DNA of 64,000 nt, taken from Xanthobacteraceae bacterium (GTDB taxonomy: Bacteria; Pseudomonadota; Alphaproteobacteria; Rhizobiales; Xanthobacteraceae). The DNA is taken from positions 1,012,007 to 1,076,006 of the forward strand of contig JAHBZE010000002.1 of NCBI GenBank assembly GCA_019635585.1. The letters are read 5' to 3'. The translations under genes and the position numbers were made by a program. Positions within the stretch are counted from its first letter, which is position 1; each line of letters begins with the position of its first letter. Shown here piece by piece: positions 55,007 through 64,000 of this stretch. The notes below the pieces were generated by a model. It was not told the DNA's origin. It was given only the letters and a program-made list of their open reading frames with translations, and did not search any database.

Positions 55007-55083
55007 GTGTCAGTTGCCGCTGGCTTATCTGAAGCAGCGGCGGGACGGCCCGCCGAAACGGGGGCCGAGAAAGAGGGACTTCA

Positions 55084-55989
55084 ATGGCCCGTACATTTAC
55101 CGGCAATCTCCCGGCGGTCGCCGAAGGCGGCCTGTCGCACTACCTCTCCGAAATCCGCAAATTCCCGATGCTCGAGCCGCAGCAGGAATACATGCTGGCG
55201 AAGCGCTGGCGCGAGCACGACGACCGCGACGCCGCGCATCAACTCGTTACCTCGCACCTTCGCCTCGTCGCGAAGATCGCGATGGGCTATCGCGGCTATG
55301 GCCTCCCCATCGGCGAGGTCATTTCCGAAGGCAATGTCGGCCTCATGCAGGCGGTGAAGCGGTTCGAGCCCGACAAGGGCTTCCGCCTCGCTACTTACGC
55401 TATGTGGTGGATCCGCGCCTCGATTCAAGAATACATCCTGCGTTCGTGGTCGCTCGTGAAGATGGGCACCACCGCCGCGCAGAAGCGTCTGTTCTTCAAC
55501 CTGCGCAAAACCAAGAGCCAGATTTCCGCGCTCGAAGAAGGCGAGTTGAAGCCGGAGCATGTGAAGCAGATCGCGACCAAGCTCGGCGTCACCGAGGACG
55601 AAGTGATTTCGATGAACCGCCGTCTCGGCGGCGACACTTCGCTGAACGCGCCAATCCGTACCGATTCGGAATCCGGCGAATGGCAGGACTGGCTGGTCGA
55701 CGAAAGCGATAGCCAGGAACAGAAGCTTGCGGAATACGAAGAGAAGTCGAACCGGCACGAGGCGCTCGAAGGCGCGCTCTCGGTGTTGAACGACCGCGAG
55801 CGCCGCATCTTCGAGGCGCGCCGTCTCGCTGACGATCCCGTCACGCTCGAGGAACTGGCTTCCGAGTTCGGCGTGTCGCGCGAGCGCGTCCGCCAGATCG
55901 AGGTCCGCGCCTTCGAGAAGGTGCAGAAGGCGGTGGTCGAGCGCATGCGCAAGATCGAGGCGCCGCAGGCCGCGCTTCCGGCGATGTAA
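55084..55989 (+). CDS. rpoH: RNA polymerase sigma-32 factor RpoH
   Basis: RpoH box QKRLFFNLRK and regions 2-4 (HLRLVAKIAMGYRGYGLPIGEVISEGNVGLMQAVKRFEP). Confidence 0.96.
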   Translation: MARTFTGNLPAVAEGGLSHYLSEIRKFPMLEPQQEYMLAKRWREHDDRDAAHQLVTSHLRLVAKIAMGYRGYGLPIGEVISEGNVGLMQAVKRFEPDKGFRLATYAMWWIRASIQEYILRSWSLVKMGTTAAQKRLFFNLRKTKSQISALEEGELKPEHVKQIATKLGVTEDEVISMNRRLGGDTSLNAPIRTDSESGEWQDWLVDESDSQEQKLAEYEEKSNRHEALEGALSVLNDRERRIFEARRLADDPVTLEELASEFGVSRERVRQIEVRAFEKVQKAVVERMRKIEAPQAALPAM

Positions 55990-56010
55990 CGCGAGACATT
56001 CGGACATAAT

Positions 56011-56039
56011 AAAAGGCCGGGCGAAAGCCCGGCCTTTTT
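56011..56039. terminator. Bidirectional rho-independent terminator
   Basis: AAAAGGCCGGGC-GAAA-GCCCGGCCTTTTT. Confidence 0.88.
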
Positions 56040-56059
56040 ACTTTTCTGCTTCAGCGGAA

Positions 56060-57397
56060 TTACTGGCTGCTCCAGGCCGCAAAGGCTTCTTCCATCACCT
56101 TCTGCCCGGCCGGCCCCTTTTCGAACGCGATCACCGCGCGCCGTCCATTGTTGTAGATGAAAGGAATATCCAGCCAGCTCAGCGACTTCATAAGCTGGAG
56201 ATTGCGGTCGCGGTCGGTTTCGGCCGCCGACAGGCCGATCAGGAAAAAGCCCTGCATCACGCGCGCGCTGACGCCGGCGAGCGGAATCCCTTGCGCGGCT
56301 TCGTTGTTCTTCATTCGCAGCACCGGCACCTGCGCGACACCGCCGAAGCTGTCGTTCCCGGTGAACTGGACCTCTATGTAATGCGTAGCCGGCAGCGAAG
56401 CGTCCGGATTGCGCCGGATGGTCACAACGACCTGCATCTTTCGGTCGGGAATATCGATGTCGACGCGGATACCGAGCTCGGGCGACTTGCCGGGACCGGG
56501 ATTCACCGTCTCGGTGCGCCAGCTCACGGTGCCGTTGATGGTCGTGAACTGCTGGCTGCCCGGATTTTCCTCAAACAGCATTGCCCGGTTCGAGCCGGCT
56601 GCCGGTTGCATGGTCTGCGGCGCGGGCGTCTGCTGGTTCTGCGGCTGCGGCAAACGATCGTTCGCCTTGTCCTGTGGCGTGGGCGCTTCTTCGTTGTTCT
56701 GCGCGGTCATCGTCGTGCCGCCGGCGATCAACGAAAGAATGCGTTCGCGATGCACGTAACCGACGACGCCCGCGAGCACGAGCAGCGCGGCAACGATGCC
56801 GAATACGATGAAGCGAGTGCGCGACGCGCGGCGCGCGTCGTTGCGCATGGCTTCCGCAGCACCCCTGCCCCGCAACGGGCGGGGCCTCTGTAACGGATCG
56901 GGCCGGCCATGCGGCGCGGGCGCGCGCGGATCGGGCCGTTCGTCAGGGCCGCGCGGTGCGCGCGGATCGCGCTGCAGGGGCGCCTCCGGCTCGAACGAAG
57001 GCTCGCTTTCGAAGTTCGCCTCGTCCTGCGGATGCGGAGCTGGAGCACCGCGAGGAGGCATCGGTGAAGGTGCGCTACGGGGCGGCTGAACCGGGCGTGG
57101 CGGTTGCACCGGACGCGGCGGCTGCTCGCCGCGCGGCGGCATTTCCGGGCGCGGGGCTCCGCGGGTGCGCGACGGGGCGGCGGGCGCGGCAGCGGCCTCG
57201 CCTTCGACTTTGCGGATCGCGTCTTCAAGCGCCAGGCGCTCGCGGGTGATGTCGGCTTCGGCAAGCGGCGGGTTCATGCCGCGAAGCTGATTGACCAGCG
57301 CGGTTCGCGCGCGGTCATAGACCGCACGGCGCGCTTCGCCCGTATTCGGGTCTAGCCCTGCAACTGCACGCGACAACAAAGGACGGTAATCGGTCAT
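56060..57397 (-). CDS. Conserved bitopic protein: cytoplasmic helical N-domain, Pro/Arg-rich linker, TM, periplasmic C-domain; unknown function
   Basis: 445 aa. N-terminus MTDYRPLLSRAVAGLDPNTGEARRAVYDRART, PPRPVQPPRPVQPPRS repeats, and TM FIVFGIVAALLVLAGVVGYV. Confidence 0.75.
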   Translation of the reverse strand: MTDYRPLLSRAVAGLDPNTGEARRAVYDRARTALVNQLRGMNPPLAEADITRERLALEDAIRKVEGEAAAAPAAPSRTRGAPRPEMPPRGEQPPRPVQPPRPVQPPRSAPSPMPPRGAPAPHPQDEANFESEPSFEPEAPLQRDPRAPRGPDERPDPRAPAPHGRPDPLQRPRPLRGRGAAEAMRNDARRASRTRFIVFGIVAALLVLAGVVGYVHRERILSLIAGGTTMTAQNNEEAPTPQDKANDRLPQPQNQQTPAPQTMQPAAGSNRAMLFEENPGSQQFTTINGTVSWRTETVNPGPGKSPELGIRVDIDIPDRKMQVVVTIRRNPDASLPATHYIEVQFTGNDSFGGVAQVPVLRMKNNEAAQGIPLAGVSARVMQGFFLIGLSAAETDRDRNLQLMKSLSWLDIPFIYNNGRRAVIAFEKGPAGQKVMEEAFAAWSSQ

Positions 57398-57439
57398 TGG
57401 CCCCGGTTATCTCAACGCATTACTCAAGAAATCGTTGCC

Positions 57440-58732
57440 TCACGATTCAAACGGATTTTGGACCAGAATCGTGTCTTCCCGTTCCGGACTGGTCGAAACC
57501 AGCGCCACCGGGCAGTCGATCAACTCTTCAATTCTCCGCACATATTTGACCGCCGCCGCTGGCAAATCCGCCCAGGAGCGCGCGCCGCGTGTCGACGACT
57601 GCCAGCCCTCGATTTCCTCGTAAACCGGCTCGACCTGCGCCTGCGCGCCCTGGCTCGCCGGCAAGTAATCCATATCGTGGCCCTTCAGTCGATAACCCAC
57701 GCAAACTTTCAGCGGATTGAGGCCGTCCAGCACGTCGAGCTTGGTGAGCGCAATGCCCTGAATACCTCCGGTTCGGACCGCCTGACGTACCAGCACGGCA
57801 TCGAACCAGCCGCAGCGGCGCGGGCGGCCGGTGACTGTACCGAACTCGTGGCCGCGTTCGCCAAGCCGCTTGCCGGTCTCGTCCTGCAACTCGGTCGGGA
57901 ACGGACCCTCGCCGACCCGCGTGGTGTAGGCCTTGGTGATGCCAAGCACGTAGCCGAGAGCGTTGGGACCGAGGCCGGAGCCGGTCGCCGCCTGCGCCGC
58001 GACCGTGTTCGACGAAGTCACGAAGGGATAGGTGCCGTGATCAACGTCGAGGAGCGCGCCTTGCGCACCTTCGAACAGGATGCGGTCGCCCCGGCGGCGG
58101 GACTCGTCGAGCAGGTACCAGACGCGATCCATGAACGGCAGCACGCGCGGCGCGACCGAAAGCAGTTCATCGCGCAACGCATCGCGCCCGACTTCGTCGA
58201 GTTTCAACCCGCGGCGGATCGCGTTGTGATGATCGAGCAGGCGGTCGAGTTTCGCATCGAGCGAAGCAGGCTCGGCCAAATCCATGAGCCGGATCGCGCG
58301 GCGGCCGACCTTGTCTTCGTAAGCCGGACCGATGCCGCGTTTCGTGGTGCCGATCTTCAATCCCGGCCCAGCGCCTTCGCGCAATCCGTCCAGCTCCCGG
58401 TGCAGCGAAAGAATTAGCGCGACGTTTTCCGCGATCTTCAGGTTCGTCGGCGAGATAGGAACGCCCTGCCCCGCGAGCCGGTCGATTTCGGAAACCAGCG
58501 CATGCGGATCGAGCACGACGCCGTTGCCGATGATTCCGAGCTTGTTCGGTCGTACGACGCCAGACGGCAGCAGCGATAACTTGTAGGTCTTGCCGCCGAT
58601 CACGAGCGTATGGCCGGCATTGTGTCCGCCCTGGAAACGGACCACGACGTCGGCCTGCTCGGAAAGCCAGTCGACGATCTTGCCTTTGCCCTCGTCGCCC
58701 CATTGCGAGCCGACGACCACTACGTTCGACAC
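57440..58732 (-). CDS. purA: Adenylosuccinate synthase PurA
   Basis: The GTG at 58732 gives (M)[23 protein letters not shown], the canonical PurA N-terminus. The longer ORF extension is non-homologous. Confidence 0.97.
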   Translation of the reverse strand: MSNVVVVGSQWGDEGKGKIVDWLSEQADVVVRFQGGHNAGHTLVIGGKTYKLSLLPSGVVRPNKLGIIGNGVVLDPHALVSEIDRLAGQGVPISPTNLKIAENVALILSLHRELDGLREGAGPGLKIGTTKRGIGPAYEDKVGRRAIRLMDLAEPASLDAKLDRLLDHHNAIRRGLKLDEVGRDALRDELLSVAPRVLPFMDRVWYLLDESRRRGDRILFEGAQGALLDVDHGTYPFVTSSNTVAAQAATGSGLGPNALGYVLGITKAYTTRVGEGPFPTELQDETGKRLGERGHEFGTVTGRPRRCGWFDAVLVRQAVRTGGIQGIALTKLDVLDGLNPLKVCVGYRLKGHDMDYLPASQGAQAQVEPVYEEIEGWQSSTRGARSWADLPAAAVKYVRRIEELIDCPVALVSTSPEREDTILVQNPFES

Positions 58733-58946
58733 CGATTTTGCTCCAAGGCCGCTCAACAGAAACCCCGGCACAGAGATGGCCGGGGTGTGCGCAAGTTCGT
58801 AGCCAATCGGCCCGGTCGAGGCAAGAAAAACGGGCTTTCGGCGTCCACAACGCCTGTTTTGCCCGGGGAATTGCGCGCGATTGCAAGGATTTCGGCCTTG
58901 CAGGTTCCCCTGCGGCATCCGATCTCACCCGCGAGGAAAGGCAACC

Positions 58947-59798
58947 ATGAACAAACTTCCTGACGAATTTACGTTGGGCCCTGCCGCGCTGCGCGTCTCC
59001 GACGCGGATCGAGCACTAGACTTTTACGTAAACAAGGTTGGGCTTGAGCTTCTGAGGCGCAACGAAACCACCGCCACGCTCGGCGCTGGGGGCAAAGAGC
59101 TTCTCCGCCTCTATTTCAGCCCCGGAATCGCGCCGCGCGATTACCGCGAGACCGGCCTCTATCACATCGCGATCCTGCTGCCTGACCGGGCTTCGCTCGG
59201 TGCTGCGATCGCGCGCCTTGCCGCGAACGACGTGAAGCTCGGCGCCGCGGACCATCTCGTCTCCGAAGCGATCTATCTCTGGGACCCCGACAACAATGGC
59301 ATCGAAATTTATCGCGACCGCCCGCGCGAGGAATGGGAGTGGCGTGGCGATCAGGTACATATGGCAAACCGCCCGCTCGATTTTCGTGGACTGCTCGCCG
59401 AACCCGAAGTCGAAACGCTTGCCGCGAAGCCGATGAAGGCGGGCACGCGCATCGGCCACGTTCATCTCGAGGTCGACGATCTCGAGAAGGCGAAAAAATT
59501 CTATGGCGAGGTGATCGGCTTCGCGCCGACCGCAACACTGCCCGGAGCGCAGTTTCTTTCCGCGGGAGGCTATCACCATCATCTCGGCACGAACGTTTGG
59601 GAGAGCCGCAACGGACCAAAGCCTTCGCCCGATACCGCGGGCATTTCGCTGATGACGTTCGAATTGCCGGATGCGGAATCGATCGCGGCGCTGAAGGCGC
59701 GGCTCGAAGGCGCGGATATTCCGACCACGGCGCAGGCAAGCGGCTTCGATTTCACCGATCCCTGGCTGACGCCAATCTCGGTGCGGCAGCGCGCCTAA
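58947..59798 (+). CDS. VOC/glyoxalase family protein (two-domain, extradiol dioxygenase-like)
   Basis: Trimmed to the ATG at 58947 (SD GAGGAAAGG). Two VOC modules (ALRVSDADRALDFY..., IGHVHLEVDDLEKAKKFY...). Confidence 0.85.
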   Translation: MNKLPDEFTLGPAALRVSDADRALDFYVNKVGLELLRRNETTATLGAGGKELLRLYFSPGIAPRDYRETGLYHIAILLPDRASLGAAIARLAANDVKLGAADHLVSEAIYLWDPDNNGIEIYRDRPREEWEWRGDQVHMANRPLDFRGLLAEPEVETLAAKPMKAGTRIGHVHLEVDDLEKAKKFYGEVIGFAPTATLPGAQFLSAGGYHHHLGTNVWESRNGPKPSPDTAGISLMTFELPDAESIAALKARLEGADIPTTAQASGFDFTDPWLTPISVRQRA

Positions 59799-59880
59799 CC
59801 GCAGAGCGAAACGAAATCCGGACATTGTTGACTTGTGCTCCCGCGCCTCTAGCTTGCGGCGAAACCCGGGAGACCTTTCA

Positions 59881-60684
59881 ATGTTCGAAAATCTGTTCTC
59901 GCTGAAAGATCGTATCGCCGTCGTCACCGGCGGCTCTCGCGGCATCGGCAAGATGATCGCGAGCGGCTATCTCGCCTACGGCGCGTCGAAGGTTTACATC
60001 ACCGCGCGCAAGGCCGGGCCTTGCGAGGAAACCGCGAAAGAACTTTCCGCGAAATATCCCGGCCAGTGCATCGCGCTCCCGATCGATATGTCGACCGTCG
60101 AGGGCTGCAATACGCTCGCCGCCGAACTAATGAAGCGCGAGAGCAAGATCGACATTCTCGTGAACAACGCCGGCGCCGCCTGGGGCGCAGACTTCGACGA
60201 ATTTCCCGAAAGCGGCTGGGACAAGGTGATGGACCTGAACGTGAAGTCGCTATTCTTCTTCACGAAGGCGATGGCCAAACCCTTGCGCGCGGCGGCAACG
60301 AAAGAGCGCCCCGGCAAGGTCATCAACATCGCCTCCATCGACGGCCTCTCCGTCAATCCGCTCGAGACCTATCCCTATCAGGCGAGCAAGGCGGCGGTGA
60401 TCCATCTCACGCGGCGCATGGCCGCCAAGCTGATCAAGGACAACATCAACGTGACTGCGATCTGCCCCGGCGCGTTCGCTTCCGAGATGAACAAAGCCGC
60501 GCGCGATCACGGCAGCGAAGTCGCGAAGCGCATTCCTTCGCGACGCATCGGCACCGACGAGGACATGGCGGGCATTGCGATCTATCTCGCTTCGCGCGCC
60601 GGAGATTATGTCGTGGGCAATTCGATCGCGGTCGACGGCGGCATCGTCTATGCGAACGTAAGCCTGCCGGTCGCGGGCGAATAA
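59881..60684 (+). CDS. SDR family oxidoreductase
   Basis: Trimmed to the ATG at 59881. TGGSRGIG, NNAG and YxxxK (YQASKAAV) motifs. Confidence 0.9.
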   Translation: MFENLFSLKDRIAVVTGGSRGIGKMIASGYLAYGASKVYITARKAGPCEETAKELSAKYPGQCIALPIDMSTVEGCNTLAAELMKRESKIDILVNNAGAAWGADFDEFPESGWDKVMDLNVKSLFFFTKAMAKPLRAAATKERPGKVINIASIDGLSVNPLETYPYQASKAAVIHLTRRMAAKLIKDNINVTAICPGAFASEMNKAARDHGSEVAKRIPSRRIGTDEDMAGIAIYLASRAGDYVVGNSIAVDGGIVYANVSLPVAGE

Positions 60685-60720
60685 GCGCTATACGCATTCG
60701 GCATATCAGCGCGCGACGCG

Positions 60721-60772
60721 TTGACCGCGTCGACTCGCTTTCGTAAGAGCCGCTGTCACGACAGCGGCTCTT
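60721..60772 (+). promoter_or_regulatory. Duplicated leader, copy 1: TTGACC-N17-TAAGAG plus a 12 bp palindrome/hairpin abutting the start codon
   Basis: TTGACC at 60721-60726 and TAAGAG at 60744-60749. AAGAGCCGCTGT-CACG-ACAGCGGCTCTT spans 60745-60772. The ATG is at 60776 with no SD. Confidence 0.45.
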
Positions 60773-60775
60773 TCA

Positions 60776-61708
60776 ATGCAATCCCTCGTTCGCACGTTAC
60801 TCGGCCGCCTCTACGATTCCCCTTACCTGCTGCTGACGCTGACGGCGCTGTTCTGGGCAGGCAACGTAGTGCTCGGCCGCTACGCCGCCGGACACATTCC
60901 CCCGATTGCGATTACCTTTATCCGCTGGTCCGGTGCGTTCATTCTCCTGCTGCCGCTCGCGCTACCGCTTCTGCGCCGCGACTGGCCGGTGATCCGGCGG
61001 CATCTGCCGCTCCTGCTGGCGCTCACGCTGACCGGCATCACGATCAACAACACGCTTGCCTATTGGGGCCTGCAGCACACCGAAGCGATCAATGCGCTGC
61101 TGCTTTCGTCCGGTCATCCGTTGTTCGTGGCTTGCTGGAGTTTCGTCTTGTATCGCCAACGGCTGAGCCTGTGGCAGAGCATCGGCATCGTACTCTCTTT
61201 CCTCGGCGTGCTGACGATCCTTACGCGCGGCGACCTGCGGGTCATACTCGACGTCCGCTTCAACGCCGGCGACCTGATCTTCTTCATGTCCCAGGTCGTC
61301 TATTCGTTCTACGCGACGCTCGTGAAAAGCCGCCCGAACATCCATCCGGTTTCGTTCCTCGCTTTCATGACGGGGTTGGGAACGATCATGCTTTCGCCGG
61401 TCTTCGCCGCGGATATCGCGGCGGGTGCGAAACTGATTCCGGATTTGAAGACGGTGCTCGTTCTCGCCTACATCATCGTGTTTCCGTCGCTGATCGCCTA
61501 TCTGTTCAATAACAGAGGAATCGAGCTGATCGGCCCCAACCGCGCGGCACCCTTCTACCAACTGATCCCGATTTTCGGCTCGGCCATGGCGATCATTTTC
61601 CTCGGCGAGCGCCCGGCGTTGTTTCACGCGATCGGCTATACGCTCGTACTGACGGGAATTTTGATCGGCACGCGCGACCGCCGGCGCGATGCGATGCCTG
61701 CCGAATAA
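60776..61708 (+). CDS. EamA/DMT family transporter (tandem paralogue 1)
   Basis: 310 aa, 10 TM helices. About 60% identity by eye to the next gene. Confidence 0.88.
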   Translation: MQSLVRTLLGRLYDSPYLLLTLTALFWAGNVVLGRYAAGHIPPIAITFIRWSGAFILLLPLALPLLRRDWPVIRRHLPLLLALTLTGITINNTLAYWGLQHTEAINALLLSSGHPLFVACWSFVLYRQRLSLWQSIGIVLSFLGVLTILTRGDLRVILDVRFNAGDLIFFMSQVVYSFYATLVKSRPNIHPVSFLAFMTGLGTIMLSPVFAADIAAGAKLIPDLKTVLVLAYIIVFPSLIAYLFNNRGIELIGPNRAAPFYQLIPIFGSAMAIIFLGERPALFHAIGYTLVLTGILIGTRDRRRDAMPAE

Positions 61709-61758
61709 GCCATCCGGCGGCATACGCCGTTCGCATGGCACTCTGCGTGCGCCGTGCG

Positions 61759-61813
61759 TTGACCGGCTAGCCGCGCTTTCGTAAGAGCGCCTTCCCGATC
61801 GAAGGCGGCTCTT
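61759..61813 (+). promoter_or_regulatory. Duplicated leader, copy 2: TTGACC-N17-TAAGAG plus a hairpin with a different stem interior
   Basis: TTGACC at 61759-61764 and TAAGAG at 61782-61787. The AGAGC-GCCTTC ... GAAGGC-GGCTCT stem ends 4-6 nt before the ATG at 61817. Confidence 0.45.
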
Positions 61814-61816
61814 TCT

Positions 61817-62722
61817 ATGCAATCTTTCGTACGCAATTTTTTCAGCCGCCCCTATTTGCTGCTGACGCTGACGTCGCTGTTCTGGGCGGGCAACATCGTG
61901 CTCGGCCGCTATGCTGCGGGGCATGTGCCGCCGCTCGCGCTTTCCTTCGTCCGCTGGTGCGGCGCATTTCTGATTCTGGTCGGCTTCGCCTGGCCGCTCC
62001 TGCAGCGCGACTGGAGCAAGATCCGCGCGCATCTCGGCGTCATGCTGATGCTGACGCTCTCCGGCATCACCGTTTACAACTGGCTCGCCTACTCGGCCCT
62101 GCAATACACCCAGGCGCTGAATGCGCTCTTGATCGCCTCCATGCAGCCGCTGCTCGTCGCATGCTGGAGCATGATCTTGTACCGCGAGCGGCTGACGAAA
62201 TGGCAGGCCTTGGGCGTGACCCTATCTTTGCTCGGTGTGCTGGTCGTGATTGCGCGCGGCGATCTTACGATTTTGAAGGATGTTCGCTTCAACTACGGCG
62301 ATCTCGCGTTCTTCGTCGCGCAGATCATTTACGCGTTCTATTCGACGCTCTTGAAAAGCAAGCCCAACATTCACCCGGTGTCGTTTCTCGCCTTCACGAT
62401 GGGCGTGGGGGCGCTGATGCTTTCGCCCGCTTTCGTCTATGCGTGGCCGGAATCGAGTTTCCCGCTCGACTGGAAGTCGGCGGCGATCCTGGGCTACATC
62501 ACGCTATTCCCCTCGCTGGTCGCTTATCTATTCTTCAATCGCGGTGTCGAACTGGTCGGACCGAACCGCGCCGCACCCTTCTATCACCTGATCCCGGTGT
62601 TCGGCTCCGCGCTCGCGATCGTGTTTCTCGGCGAGCGGCCCGCGCTGTTTCACGCCATTGGCTACGCGCTCGTGCTTTGCGGAATTTACATCGGTACGCG
62701 CGGGCAAACGAAAAATGCGTAA
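61817..62722 (+). CDS. EamA/DMT family transporter (tandem paralogue 2)
   Basis: 301 aa. Shares MQS.VR...YLLLTLT.LFWAGN.VLGRYAAGH.PP and the C-terminal FLGERPALFHAIGY.LVL.GI.IGTR with the preceding gene. Confidence 0.88.
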   Translation: MQSFVRNFFSRPYLLLTLTSLFWAGNIVLGRYAAGHVPPLALSFVRWCGAFLILVGFAWPLLQRDWSKIRAHLGVMLMLTLSGITVYNWLAYSALQYTQALNALLIASMQPLLVACWSMILYRERLTKWQALGVTLSLLGVLVVIARGDLTILKDVRFNYGDLAFFVAQIIYAFYSTLLKSKPNIHPVSFLAFTMGVGALMLSPAFVYAWPESSFPLDWKSAAILGYITLFPSLVAYLFFNRGVELVGPNRAAPFYHLIPVFGSALAIVFLGERPALFHAIGYALVLCGIYIGTRGQTKNA

Positions 62723-62727
62723 GAAAA

Positions 62728-62755
62728 ACACCCGGCGGGTGGCCGGGTGTTTGTT
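62728..62755. terminator. Terminator hairpin between DMT paralogue 2 and serA
   Basis: ACACCCGGC-GGGTG-GCCGGGTGT followed by TTGTT. Confidence 0.7.
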
Positions 62756-62772
62756 CGTCCAATCGCCGCCGA

Positions 62773-64000
62773 TCAGAACCGCAGCGGTTTCACGCGCTGC
62801 ACCAGCGGCAACTGAGTGATCTTCTTCAAGACTTCCGCGGGTGCAACGCTGTCGATATGCACGAGCGCAATCGCGTCGCCGCCCGGCTTGGTACGGCCGA
62901 AATGCATGGTCGCGATGTTGATGCCGGCATCGCCCAGCGTGGACGCGAAGCGGCCGATGAAGCCCGGCTTGTCCTGATTGGTGACGTAGATCATCTGCTC
63001 GCCGAACTCGGCATCCATGCGGATGCCCTTGATGTTCACGATGCGCGGACGGCCATCGGCGTAAACGGTGCCGGAGATGTCGCGCGTCTGCGTCTCGGTG
63101 GTCACCGAAACGGTGATCAGGCTGTCATAGTCGCCGACCGCTTCGCGCGTCGTTTCCTCGACGATGATGCCGCGTTCTTTCGCGATCACCGGCGCAGACA
63201 CGACGTTGATGTCCTGCAGGTTCGGCCGCAACAGTCCCGCGATCGCCGCCGAGGTCATGGCCTTGATCTTCATGCCGGAAACCGCGCCCGCATACGTGAT
63301 CTGCACCTTCTTGATGCCGGTTTCGGTGAGCTGGCCCGCGAACGAGCCGAGCTTGTCGGCAAGCTCGATATAGGGGCGCAGCTTCGGCGCTTCTTCCGCC
63401 GAGATCGACGGGAAGTTGACGGCGTTCGAGATCGCGCCACGGATGAGATAGTCCGACATCTGCTCGGCGACCTGCAACGCGACATTCTCCTGCGCTTCCG
63501 AAGTGGAGGCGCCGAGATGCGGCGTGCAGACCACGTTCGGATGACCGAACAACGCATTTTCGGTGGCGGGTTCTACCGTGAACACGTCGAAGCCTGCGCC
63601 CGCGACCTGGCCGCTATCGAGTGCGGCGGCAAGCGCCTTTTCGTCGACGAGACCACCGCGCGCACAATTGATGATGCGGACGCCCTTCTTTGTCTTCGCG
63701 AGCGCGGCCGCGTCGAGAATGTTGCGGGTCTTGTCGGTCAGCGGCGTATGGAAGGTGATGAAGTCGGCGCGCGCGAGCAGATCTTCGTATTCGACCTTCT
63801 CGACGCCGAGATCAATCGCGCGTTCCGGCGACAGGAACGGATCGAACGCGATGACTTTCATCCGAAGGCCAATGGCTCGGTCGGCAACGATGGAGCCGAT
63901 ATTGCCGCAACCGATAATGCCGAGCGTCTTGTTGGTGATTTCGACGCCGTTGAAGCGGTTCTTTTCCCACTTGCCGGCCTGTGTCGAAGCATCTGCCGCC
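62773..64000 (-). CDS. serA: D-3-phosphoglycerate dehydrogenase SerA (5' end outside the window)
   Basis: The reading frame stays open to the window edge. It encodes GKWEKNRFNGVEITNKTLGIIGCGNIGSIVADRAIGLRMKVIAFDPF ..., the catalytic CTPHLGAST, and a C-terminal ACT domain. Confidence 0.93.
   Translation of the reverse strand, partial: AADASTQAGKWEKNRFNGVEITNKTLGIIGCGNIGSIVADRAIGLRMKVIAFDPFLSPERAIDLGVEKVEYEDLLARADFITFHTPLTDKTRNILDAAALAKTKKGVRIINCARGGLVDEKALAAALDSGQVAGAGFDVFTVEPATENALFGHPNVVCTPHLGASTSEAQENVALQVAEQMSDYLIRGAISNAVNFPSISAEEAPKLRPYIELADKLGSFAGQLTETGIKKVQITYAGAVSGMKIKAMTSAAIAGLLRPNLQDINVVSAPVIAKERGIIVEETTREAVGDYDSLITVSVTTETQTRDISGTVYADGRPRIVNIKGIRMDAEFGEQMIYVTNQDKPGFIGRFASTLGDAGINIATMHFGRTKPGGDAIALVHIDSVAPAEVLKKITQLPLVQRVKPLRF

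Noticed and set aside
60962-62104. 380 aa minus-strand ORF
   Set aside because: Antisense to both tandem DMT transporter genes. Shadow ORF.

Overview
High-GC (about 63-65% by eye) alphaproteobacterial chromosome segment. The CtrA/ChpT/SciP/FlbD regulators and the REP families suggest a Bradyrhizobiaceae/Nitrobacteraceae-type Hyphomicrobiales genome. I call about 62 protein genes and 2 tRNAs (Met-CAU, Glu-CUC). I saw no rRNA, CRISPR array, transposase, integrase or phage genes, so this reads as core chromosome rather than a mobile island. The ORF track reports the longest ORF from any ATG/GTG/TTG (checked: several 'M' residues are TTG), so I trimmed many N-termini using homology, SD sequences and start/stop overlaps. 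Main content: (1) a Caulobacter-like flagellar class II/III set (sciP, flgD, fliK; fliF-fliG-fliH/flbE-fliN-flbD; flhA; fliI-fliJ) interleaved with ctrA, chpT and a cheA(hybrid)-cheW-cheY-cheB-cheR operon, with readable CtrA-type motifs, a sigma-54 promoter and GANTC clustering; (2) housekeeping genes (mnmA, purA, rpoH, rluD, serA, cysQ, modABC, a LivKHMGF-type ABC system, ABC-2 exporter, MltB-type transglycosylase, yqjG, Nudix, GNAT, hyi); (3) four EamA/DMT transporters, two of them a tandem duplicate with a duplicated leader; (4) three families of REP-like palindromic repeats. The best candidate for an under-described system is a translationally coupled minus-strand operon at 46181-48851: MoxR-like AAA+ ATPase, then an HExxH-metallopeptidase/vWA(MIDAS) protein, then a small cytosolic LCCL-domain protein. 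A CHASE3-HisKA_2 kinase plus an orphan periplasmic binding protein sit directly upstream on the same strand. Other points worth a second look: a lower-GC methyltransferase gene ending in a REP, a histone-H1-like lysine-rich small protein, a Tat-signal FAH-family enzyme, and a membrane-anchored coiled-coil protein next to a DUF1134/EipA-like gene. All family calls come from motif recognition by eye; no database search was run.
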